Below are positions 18,105 through 26,194 of a stretch of 64,000 nt of DNA, one piece after another. The notes under the pieces are model-generated. The model was not told where the DNA came from. It saw nothing but the letters and a program-made list of their open reading frames with translations, and ran no database searches. Location of the stretch: UHGV virus genome UHGV-1353844. The stretch is one strand, 5' to 3'. The DNA is from a virus. The position numbers were made by a program, and so were the translations under genes. Position 1 is the first letter of the stretch; the number at the start of each line of letters is the position of its first letter.

Positions 18105-20822
18105 ATGGACGATATTAGTAAATTAACGGGCGACCCCGCCGTAGCTGCAATTCTTCGTAAAACTACGGGCCCAGCACCTCAGCAACAACGCGGTACGCGT
18201 AGCGAGGGTGGTTCTACGCCAACACGTCAAGAACTCACGGCAATTGCGAGTTCACGTATTCGTACTATCAAAAATGCGGAACGTATCTTTGATGCGTTAC
18301 CTGAACTCGAAACAATCGTTACTATTGCAACTTCGAGCCTGCTATCAACAAAAGACTTAATCAACACGACGTTGATTTACGACAACATCGCGGACATCCC
18401 CATTGATCTGCGTAACGCACTACTGACACCGACCCGTGATTATCACGATAACATTCGTCAGCTACCTAAGAAATTATATCAGTGGATTTACGATGCGTTA
18501 AAAACCAAAGGCGCAAGTCCAGTGATGATAATCTCGGATACCGGCTTCGACCAATTATTCGGTCTGAATACAAAGGTCGCTACTGAATCTGTTCGTCGTT
18601 CCCAAACGGCGTTCTTCGAACAACAGCTTGGTATTCTCGGGCCTATTAATGCGCCGAAAGAAGGGCAGCGAGTTGGTGTAGAATCAATTCTCAACCGTTT
18701 ACACGGAGCCGTTACTGGTCCTCAAACGTTGAAAATCGATTTCGGTAAACACGATTCGATGTTCTCGGATAAATTCCAGATGGAAATCACGATTACCGAT
18801 AACCCGCGCATTACCATGCTACCGGATTTGTATCGTCGTATTGCGCATGAGAACGCACGTACGGGATTGTACGGGCAATTAGAGCAAGCCGCATATGAAA
18901 AGCCGTCTACACCAAACGGTGGCAGTCCGTTCGACCCTAACCAATCTTTCGATGACCGTCAGCGTGACGCTGCTGAAAAAGGGTTCATTAACTTGGGTGA
19001 TTTAAACGAGGCGTATAAGTCAACACCGAAAACACAAACGTACGGTGATATTCCTATTATCTCAATGGATGAGAATAACAAAATCGAATACATCGAACGT
19101 TTACTGCCCGCAGAGTCAACGCTGCCACTGGTAATTGGCGATGACGTTCGTAACCCTATCGGTTATCTGACCATCGTAGATGACATGGGTAACTTCATCA
19201 ATGCTCGCTCCTCGCTGTACGGCGATGCGAACTTTATGAACTACCTGAATAACGACGGGATGACGGACAGCATCATTAACCGTTCTAATCTGGGCTTAGG
19301 GAACACTTCTCGTATTACCCCGGAAATCGCCAACCGTTTAAGTGCACGTTGTGGTGAAATCGCTGAAAACGAATTTGCCCGCGCATTAAGTCAGGCACTA
19401 GGTGGCGCAGAAATCAGCATGAATATTACCGAAACTTTCGGTCGTATTCTGTTAGCGCGTCATCTCGCAAAACGTCATACTCAGGTGGTTTACATTCCGG
19501 TTAATAACCTTTGCTATTTTGCAACCGACTTTAACGAAGATGGTATCGGGGTTTCTATTACTGAGCGCTCCTTTATTATCTCTACTGTCAGGATGGCGCT
19601 GCTGTTCGCAACGATGAACTCATCTGTACTGAACTCGGCACGTCACATGCAGTACGACATTGAGCTGTCACCAGATGATGCAAACGGTCAAAAAACCGTT
19701 GACCAAGTTAAATCAGATATCCTTAATTCCTACAATCGACGCCTGCCGATGTGGGGCGATATCAACGACGCCTGGTCAATGGGGGCTAACGCGGGGATTG
19801 CCTTTAACGTAACGGGTAACGATTACTACGCCAGCCACAAAGTGTCTGTGTCTGATACCACGCCGGAGTATAAAGTTCCTGATCAACAAATCGACGAGAA
19901 CCTGTTACGCCGTACATGTCACATCGCGTGTGTTGATCCTGACCTTGTACTTACCCCGGAGAACCTGGAGTTTGCTTCTCAGATTTATTCTAAATCGCTG
20001 TTGGTCACTCAACAGATTGTGAAGAAACAGGAAATCCTCTCAACCCCGCTTACGCGCTACGTTACAAACAGTCTGCAAGCTTCACCGAAACTGCAAGCAG
20101 AACTCATCCGTATTATCGTTGAGTATATCCGTGAGCAGAATCCGGATGTATCTAGCGAAGAGATGACAAAACAAACGTCAGAGTATATGGCGAAGTTTAT
20201 CAACGGTATGAAGGTCACCTTGCCACCGCCTGATACTTCTGCAACAGCATCTCAAGCTGATCTCTTCGATAAACGCTATGAATTTATCGAGAAACTTGCA
20301 GATCTGGTGGTCACGGATGACATTGCTAATATGCTTCAGAACGAAGGTATTGAAATGTCACCTGATGACCTCAAGACGATGGTTAAGACCTTCTACGCGC
20401 GCAACTGGCTACGTAATCAGGGCATCGAAACCGATCTGTTTGATTTGATCTACGATGAAGATAAACGTGGTGAAAACGTCAAGATGATTTCTGATGAGAT
20501 TGCAGCGGCATCGAAGACGCTGATTCAGTTAGCAAAACGTGCGACAGGTAAAGTTCAGACGTTAGCAAAAGCAGCCGATCTGAATCCTGAAGACGCCAAT
20601 AACTTCGGCGGTGGCGGCGACTTCGGTGGCGGCACTGAAGACGATGGTGGCTTAGGAGGCGATGAGGACTTAGGTGGTGACGATCTGGGCGGTGATGAAG
20701 ACTTGGACATGACCGATGATGAAACGACGGAAACCGATACGACGACGGAAGAAGACGTTTCAACTGAAGGCACGGACGAGACGGATACCGGCGCAGATGA
20801 CAACACCGATGAAACTCTCTAA
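18105..20822 (+). CDS. large hypothetical protein (905 aa) with acidic low-complexity C-terminal tail
   Basis: ORF track; GGAG RBS 6 nt upstream; C-terminus GGGGDFGGGTEDDGGLGGDEDLGGDDLGGDEDLD...; terminator 20851-20870. Confidence 0.65.
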   Translation: MDDISKLTGDPAVAAILRKTTGPAPQQQRGTRSEGGSTPTRQELTAIASSRIRTIKNAERIFDALPELETIVTIATSSLLSTKDLINTTLIYDNIADIPIDLRNALLTPTRDYHDNIRQLPKKLYQWIYDALKTKGASPVMIISDTGFDQLFGLNTKVATESVRRSQTAFFEQQLGILGPINAPKEGQRVGVESILNRLHGAVTGPQTLKIDFGKHDSMFSDKFQMEITITDNPRITMLPDLYRRIAHENARTGLYGQLEQAAYEKPSTPNGGSPFDPNQSFDDRQRDAAEKGFINLGDLNEAYKSTPKTQTYGDIPIISMDENNKIEYIERLLPAESTLPLVIGDDVRNPIGYLTIVDDMGNFINARSSLYGDANFMNYLNNDGMTDSIINRSNLGLGNTSRITPEIANRLSARCGEIAENEFARALSQALGGAEISMNITETFGRILLARHLAKRHTQVVYIPVNNLCYFATDFNEDGIGVSITERSFIISTVRMALLFATMNSSVLNSARHMQYDIELSPDDANGQKTVDQVKSDILNSYNRRLPMWGDINDAWSMGANAGIAFNVTGNDYYASHKVSVSDTTPEYKVPDQQIDENLLRRTCHIACVDPDLVLTPENLEFASQIYSKSLLVTQQIVKKQEILSTPLTRYVTNSLQASPKLQAELIRIIVEYIREQNPDVSSEEMTKQTSEYMAKFINGMKVTLPPPDTSATASQADLFDKRYEFIEKLADLVVTDDIANMLQNEGIEMSPDDLKTMVKTFYARNWLRNQGIETDLFDLIYDEDKRGENVKMISDEIAAASKTLIQLAKRATGKVQTLAKAADLNPEDANNFGGGGDFGGGTEDDGGLGGDEDLGGDDLGGDEDLDMTDDETTETDTTTEEDVSTEGTDETDTGADDNTDETL

Positions 20823-20850
20823 ATAGCAAAAAAAATAATTCGAGCTTACT

Positions 20851-20870
20851 CCGACCCTTCTGGGGTCGGG
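20851..20870. terminator. bidirectional terminator between convergent genes
   Basis: CCGACCCC-ttct-GGGGTCGG with A-run before and T-run after. Confidence 0.6.
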
Positions 20871-20884
20871 GTAGCTTTCTTTTT

Positions 20885-21184
20885 TCACCATGCTATTTCG
20901 TCTTTATTGATAGCAAGGTCTAACATAATTCCTATTGCTAAAGGATCGTTATCGTACGCCATCAGTTTCGCTAACAGTTCTGGCTGACCTGATTTCTTAA
21001 CGGCTTTCAGTAGTTCGTTACGGGCATTATAGTAGATAAGCCAGTATCTACCGTGATTGACTTTGGTGTTTGAGTGTTCTAATAAATAGCGATTAAACTC
21101 CATGGTTGCTTCGGTTTCAGGTAATTCGAAGCGAAAACGTGGACTACGTTCGTAGTTTACATTAATAACAACATATTTAATCAT
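20885..21184 (-). CDS. hypothetical protein (99 aa)
   Basis: ORF track; convergent with plus gene across shared terminator. Confidence 0.5.
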   Translation of the reverse strand: MIKYVVINVNYERSPRFRFELPETEATMEFNRYLLEHSNTKVNHGRYWLIYYNARNELLKAVKKSGQPELLAKLMAYDNDPLAIGIMLDLAINKDEIAW

Positions 21185-21240
21185 TTCCTCATTCCCTCAC
21201 TATAGTGGGCGGCTATAATAAATTGGGGAATAAAAAAGAA

Positions 21241-21264
21241 GGAGGAGAGCCGAAGCTCTCCTTG
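21241..21264 (-). terminator. intrinsic terminator (UUCG loop)
   Basis: GGAGAGC-cgaa-GCTCTCC preceded by AAAAAAGAAGGA. Confidence 0.55.
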
Positions 21265-21272
21265 TGTGGTGA

Positions 21273-21527
21273 TTAACCAATAGCAGCGATACGTTCTTCG
21301 AGTAACAGTTTCTCTGCGGTCATAACTTCTAACTCCGCAGTGATAAGTTTTACCTGCTTCTCGTCGATAAATAATGGACGTTTCTCAATAAGTTGTTCAC
21401 GCTCGTGAATACGGACGCGAAGTTGATATAACTCCAAAGAAAGTTGTTGCTTTAAACGCTCCACGGTATCAATTACGTTTAGCTCTATCTTGGCTTTACT
21501 GTAATCAACATAAGCGGCCATACGCAC
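21273..21527 (-). CDS. small coiled-coil protein (84 aa)
   Basis: ORF track; helical, heptad-like sequence; terminator 21241-21264 downstream. Confidence 0.5.
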   Translation of the reverse strand: MRMAAYVDYSKAKIELNVIDTVERLKQQLSLELYQLRVRIHEREQLIEKRPLFIDEKQVKLITAELEVMTAEKLLLEERIAAIG

Positions 21528-21565
21528 TCCTTAAAAATGGGGATGTTTCCACCCCCAATCCAAAC

Positions 21566-23176
21566 TTAATAACGAACTGGTGCAGTCACGTCACCTGTGC
21601 TCAGCAGCGAATAAACATGAGACGGGGTCTTAAGTTTAATGAACGCTTCTGGTGCTTTCTGGTTAATGACTTCGTAGATTGAAACAATCGGTTCGAAGCT
21701 GTTACCAAACGATGAGATTTCCACGATATGGCGATCGTTAGCGGATTGATAATCTGCTTGCAGAGAAATCGTGTACGTTACCTGAGACAGTTCAATAGCT
21801 TTATTATCGCAGGTCAGACGAATGTGCAGCTTACGCAGAGAACGCGCGATCAGCAGGAACATTTCACGAAAATAATCCGCAGACTTGCTCACACCATTTT
21901 CACCGATGGTACGACCATACACTGTCTCTTTAAAGTAGGTCATGTCATCCAGGCAGCATTCCAACTGTACGAATTTCGTACCCGGAACGTCTTTACCGTA
22001 AGCAGATGCCACGGAGATGGCGTTGTGAACCAGCACGGTTAATGTTGCAATGAAACGACGAGTAAACGCTGAACATTCGCTACGATACGTTTCATTCTCA
22101 TCAGATTTGGTGAGGAAGTACATTAACAAACGTTGTGCAAGGTCACGCAGTCTGAAGACGTCATTAGAAACACGCTCCATCAGCTTTTCAATATCGTCAA
22201 TATCACGTACGGTATCGAGATCGTCGATAATCTGGCGAACCGAACTATAAAACTCCTGGAGATACACCGCAGAAGTTTCAGTCTGTGCCATCGGATACAG
22301 ACGGTATTCGCTTTCGACTTTCACCATGATACCCGCATCGTCATACGAGCAATATTGTTTGTCGTTATCTTCAACCAGTTCACTAACCTTATCACCCCAG
22401 TCACGATGTTCTGCATACACAGAATTCTTGACGCGTGTGTTAGCTTCTTTCGGCGAAACAACGTTTTGCTGAATCTTTTCTTTCAGCTCGTGATCTAAAT
22501 AGTCTTCCACAATTTCTACCCGCAAAATGTCATGGTGAGGACGGTTAGCACGTTGAATGATATCATCCATCGTTTCCTTATTCATATCCACAGGCTTGCT
22601 TTTGTTCATCACTTCCTGCGGAACAGTCGGCTGAATAATAGCAGGCTGTGTTTGCGTTTGCGGTTGAGTTTGCGGAGTACCACCGAATACCGGAGCGGAT
22701 TGTACAGGTTGCACTGTTACACCGGCCGGAGTATAGCTGGCCATCGGTACAGAAGAACCCTGAATCGGTGCAGTTGGTTGCGCATTCTGCGAATTCTGAA
22801 TACCGAAGTTAACCGGTTCAGTACGCACACCGAATCCACCCTGCCCAGCACGACGTGCTTCTTCTGCAAGCTGATTCGCCAGCACAAACGCTTTCTCTAA
22901 CGCGCTATGAATGTCCGGCTGCAACGGAGTCAGACCTAAACCTAACAGACGGCTATAGAGCGTTGCCTTAAAGGTTTCGATAACCGCAACGTTAGTTTGG
23001 TCACTAGGGCGACGGTTTTGCAGATACCAGTTACCCACAATACACGCTGCATTAACAAACGGATCTTCTTTTATCCCCTTCGCGTTCATCGCGTCGACGA
23101 GATAGTTCAAAAGCTGATCCTGTTTAGCCATAAAAACTTTCAAGATAAATTCACGAGTTTCGCTGTAGCTTGCCAT
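21566..23176 (-). CDS. hypothetical protein (536 aa) with P/Q/T-rich linker
   Basis: ORF track; low-complexity segment TPQTQPQTQTQPAIIQPTVPQ. Confidence 0.6.
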   Translation of the reverse strand: MASYSETREFILKVFMAKQDQLLNYLVDAMNAKGIKEDPFVNAACIVGNWYLQNRRPSDQTNVAVIETFKATLYSRLLGLGLTPLQPDIHSALEKAFVLANQLAEEARRAGQGGFGVRTEPVNFGIQNSQNAQPTAPIQGSSVPMASYTPAGVTVQPVQSAPVFGGTPQTQPQTQTQPAIIQPTVPQEVMNKSKPVDMNKETMDDIIQRANRPHHDILRVEIVEDYLDHELKEKIQQNVVSPKEANTRVKNSVYAEHRDWGDKVSELVEDNDKQYCSYDDAGIMVKVESEYRLYPMAQTETSAVYLQEFYSSVRQIIDDLDTVRDIDDIEKLMERVSNDVFRLRDLAQRLLMYFLTKSDENETYRSECSAFTRRFIATLTVLVHNAISVASAYGKDVPGTKFVQLECCLDDMTYFKETVYGRTIGENGVSKSADYFREMFLLIARSLRKLHIRLTCDNKAIELSQVTYTISLQADYQSANDRHIVEISSFGNSFEPIVSIYEVINQKAPEAFIKLKTPSHVYSLLSTGDVTAPVRY

Positions 23177-23215
23177 TCTTAATTCTCCTAATAGGTCTTA
23201 ATACGTCTTTCGTGG

Positions 23216-24991
23216 TTAACGGCCAATCTTCGCAATATCTTCTTCGGTTGCTTGGATTAACTCGTCAAGTTTTGGATTACGAACCATCACTAACTGACGG
23301 CTAGTTTTCATGTACGGGTTAAGGATACCCCATTTGAACGGGGACGATTTCGGAATGTAATAAACGTTACCGCACTCCAGATGCGATGCAGAAGCGTGTT
23401 TCGTACGGTCATTAAGGTTAACCGTTTTACCGCCTTTGCTGTTACGTTTAGATTCCGTTTCAGTTTGACTAATCGCGTGTGTGGATACTCCTAGTACCAT
23501 GGACTCTGTTGATGCGTTGAAATAACTTACACCGCCGTTACCAGTGATATTACGCAACACCAGACTCGTGACAATTTCTTTATTGAGTGCGCTACGAATC
23601 ATATTCGCGCAGGATTCTGGCGAACGATTCTCCGTTTGTCCCAGATGGAAACGAATAGCCGCTACCGTTGGTGTAAACCCACGGTCACCTAACAGTAAGT
23701 AGTCAGTTACGGTTAAACGTTTTCCGTACATCGACGGAATGTCACCCTGTTTAGTCAAACGGGTACGTACCATCAGTTTCGTTGCATACCAGAAGAAATC
23801 AAACATATCCATGTCGTCTGGAATGTCAGGATCGGTCATCTTCAGTTCTGCACGGAACGTTGAGTTAACGTAGCGATCGCATTCAGTATAGTGTTTCGCC
23901 ATACTGTGCGCTAACTCAATATCGGAAGGTTTCAGTCCTACGATACTTCTTCCCAGAATCTCACGCCAAATCGGAGCAGAGTTCAGGTTAGCAATATCGT
24001 CTTCCATCGCTAACTCGTTAATTGCGGTAAACAGCGGCGGGAGCGGCGTGACGTTACCGTTCTTAATGGATTGTTTACTGCAATAGTAGTGAGCGGCTTT
24101 GAAGAACGCAGCAATTGCGGCCAGCAACAAATGCTCGTTTTGATCCCAACCAACTTTATCCACGTTCGGCAATGCTTCTGCGGGTACGACAACCGCGTAC
24201 ATTATCGAACGGTTATATTTCGATTCACCGGAACTGATTACAACTTTCTCGTTGAGATCGAGTTCTGGGATCTTAAACGATGGATAAATTTCTACGTCAA
24301 CACCAGTATAGCGTTTAATCGCTTCTTTAAATCCGTAACGTCCGAACAACCAATACATTAACGGTTTCTCGTCAGTATCAGGATGTGTTGCGTTCTTCGC
24401 TTTGAACAGGTTTTTGGTTCCTGGTAAGAATAGCTCCTCTTTTTTACCGTTGACTAACACACGGACAGGTTGCTTACAGAATTTCAACGAGGCTTTACGT
24501 TTAAAGTCAAAGTTAACAAATACCCCACCGTGTTCGCGACAGATACCTGGCTGGTGAATAACCGGTGCAACGTGATACGTCGTACCGTAATAGTTCATTA
24601 AACCACCACGACGGATAAAGGGTAAGTTAATCGGTCTTGAGATCGGTCGAGAATCTCCTGGAATACGGAATGTTGACATGACCATATACGCATCAGTATT
24701 CGCAATGGACATCACACCACGACGTCTATCCATTCTGCTGCTCTCAGAACGAGACAGCTTATAGATGAACGTTTCAAACGGTGACATTAACCGTACACCT
24801 AATACAGCCAGCCCTTCAGGAACACGCGGATTATCAACAGGATGATAATCCAGCTCACGTTTCAAGATAATCTGAACACGCTCGTGTATACCGTCTTTGG
24901 CCTGTGTATAACCGACACCTTCCGCAATCGCTCGGTTAAAGGGTACTATTTTGCCATCCTCTTTAAGCTTTCTGATTGCATCTTTAAACAC
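23216..24991 (-). CDS. hypothetical protein (591 aa)
   Basis: ORF track; operon context. Confidence 0.6.
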   Translation of the reverse strand: MFKDAIRKLKEDGKIVPFNRAIAEGVGYTQAKDGIHERVQIILKRELDYHPVDNPRVPEGLAVLGVRLMSPFETFIYKLSRSESSRMDRRRGVMSIANTDAYMVMSTFRIPGDSRPISRPINLPFIRRGGLMNYYGTTYHVAPVIHQPGICREHGGVFVNFDFKRKASLKFCKQPVRVLVNGKKEELFLPGTKNLFKAKNATHPDTDEKPLMYWLFGRYGFKEAIKRYTGVDVEIYPSFKIPELDLNEKVVISSGESKYNRSIMYAVVVPAEALPNVDKVGWDQNEHLLLAAIAAFFKAAHYYCSKQSIKNGNVTPLPPLFTAINELAMEDDIANLNSAPIWREILGRSIVGLKPSDIELAHSMAKHYTECDRYVNSTFRAELKMTDPDIPDDMDMFDFFWYATKLMVRTRLTKQGDIPSMYGKRLTVTDYLLLGDRGFTPTVAAIRFHLGQTENRSPESCANMIRSALNKEIVTSLVLRNITGNGGVSYFNASTESMVLGVSTHAISQTETESKRNSKGGKTVNLNDRTKHASASHLECGNVYYIPKSSPFKWGILNPYMKTSRQLVMVRNPKLDELIQATEEDIAKIGR

Positions 24992-25001
24992 GCCACGCTC
25001 C

Positions 25002-26012
25002 TTATTTTAGCATCCCTATAAATGCGACACCCGCCGCCAGATACGCAGGGACTGATTTAAATAGGTCTGACCCATCTTTACGAATGTAAGAACGAGTCTC
25101 GTAGAATTCTTTTCGTGCCTCTGCCCGAGACTTTGCTTCTAGTTCTTGTTGTTTATACGCTAGAGTCAAACGCTCCTTTTCCAAAGCCAAATTCTGTAGT
25201 TGTTTTTTGTGTTCTAATTCCAGTTTGTCTTTTGCCGAATCCAAACTTTCTAATTTTTCTCTGTATTGACTTTCCAGCTTTTCCTTTATCTCGTGAATAT
25301 CCGGTAACGTTTCTTGCCATCGAAACGCGGTGGCTGTTTCTTTATCTTTAAAAACACGGAACGGTGACAATAAGTCATCGAACTCGAAGTGAATCATCCT
25401 GCTCCCTTCTACTTTGTCTCCACCTCCGATTACCATATACACACCCGGTTCGTAATACCGTGATAGTATCGGTTGTACTTCCATGCGCGTTCCGTAGAAT
25501 CTAATCCAACGATATAGTTCGGGATCGTCGTAACGCTGCACAACAATAACACCTAATGTAAATTCAGTTCTCTCACCTCCTGGTCTTACGCTCGGTGGCG
25601 TACTTTCTAATCGAACTGGTGTAATTGAAAAAGCGAATCCTAGCTGCTTCAATACAACCAAGTCCCCACGTAATAAAGCACCGATATCGTCAACCACGTA
25701 TCGGAGTGTGACCTCTCCTTTCTCCTTTAAATCTGCACAAAATTTAGTGAATTGTTTTTCTGGTAAGACTTCTGCAAAGCCGTTCAGGTTAGCCAGATTT
25801 CCGAACGATTGATACGTTACATAAACAACAACCCCATGCTCATCAGCCGGGCTTTTGGACGGAGTTAAAATAAAGCTACCGCCACTGGTTTCAGTGACGT
25901 AAATTGGCACACCAGTATTATTCTCAAAAGTGATGAGTTTTTGTAGTCCTGACCTTTGATACAACGAACGGTCAGTAATACTGGGTACCACATCAATATC
26001 AAGACGGTTCAT
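25002..26012 (-). CDS. hypothetical protein (336 aa): coiled-coil region plus hydrophobic C-terminus
   Basis: ORF track; coiled-coil KEKLESQYREKLESLD...; C-terminus SVPAYLAAGVAFIGMLK; early-promoter-like element upstream. Confidence 0.6.
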   Translation of the reverse strand: MNRLDIDVVPSITDRSLYQRSGLQKLITFENNTGVPIYVTETSGGSFILTPSKSPADEHGVVVYVTYQSFGNLANLNGFAEVLPEKQFTKFCADLKEKGEVTLRYVVDDIGALLRGDLVVLKQLGFAFSITPVRLESTPPSVRPGGERTEFTLGVIVVQRYDDPELYRWIRFYGTRMEVQPILSRYYEPGVYMVIGGGDKVEGSRMIHFEFDDLLSPFRVFKDKETATAFRWQETLPDIHEIKEKLESQYREKLESLDSAKDKLELEHKKQLQNLALEKERLTLAYKQQELEAKSRAEARKEFYETRSYIRKDGSDLFKSVPAYLAAGVAFIGMLK

Positions 26013-26094
26013 GTAAGGGCCAGATTAAGTTTTAATAATGGTACATATCTTTAGTCTTAAATGTATTTTTTCCATAAAGTCTCCTTTAAACCAA

Positions 26095-26135
26095 CTGACA
26101 GTCTCCCATTGATAATATCTATCCAAAAAATAATA
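26095..26135 (-). promoter_or_regulatory. early-promoter-like element, copy 4 (more divergent)
   Basis: Plus-strand TTGATAATATCTATCCAAAAAATAATAG resembles copies 1-3; upstream of gene 25002..26012. Confidence 0.4.
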
Positions 26136-26156
26136 GAAAGAAAAAAAAATAAAAGG

Positions 26157-26178
26157 TCTAAGCCCCGAAGGGCTTAGA
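26157..26178 (-). terminator. intrinsic terminator after capsid-like gene
   Basis: TCTAAGCCC-cgaa-GGGCTTAGA; A-run upstream on plus. Confidence 0.6.
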
Positions 26179-26194
26179 CACTTTTTATTCGGTA

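Noticed and set aside
21195-21215. CCCTCACTATAGTG resembling a T3/T7-type promoter core
   Set aside because: The match is a short palindrome (CACTATAGTG) with an extra base relative to the T7 consensus, no single-subunit RNA polymerase is evident, and no gene lies downstream on that strand.
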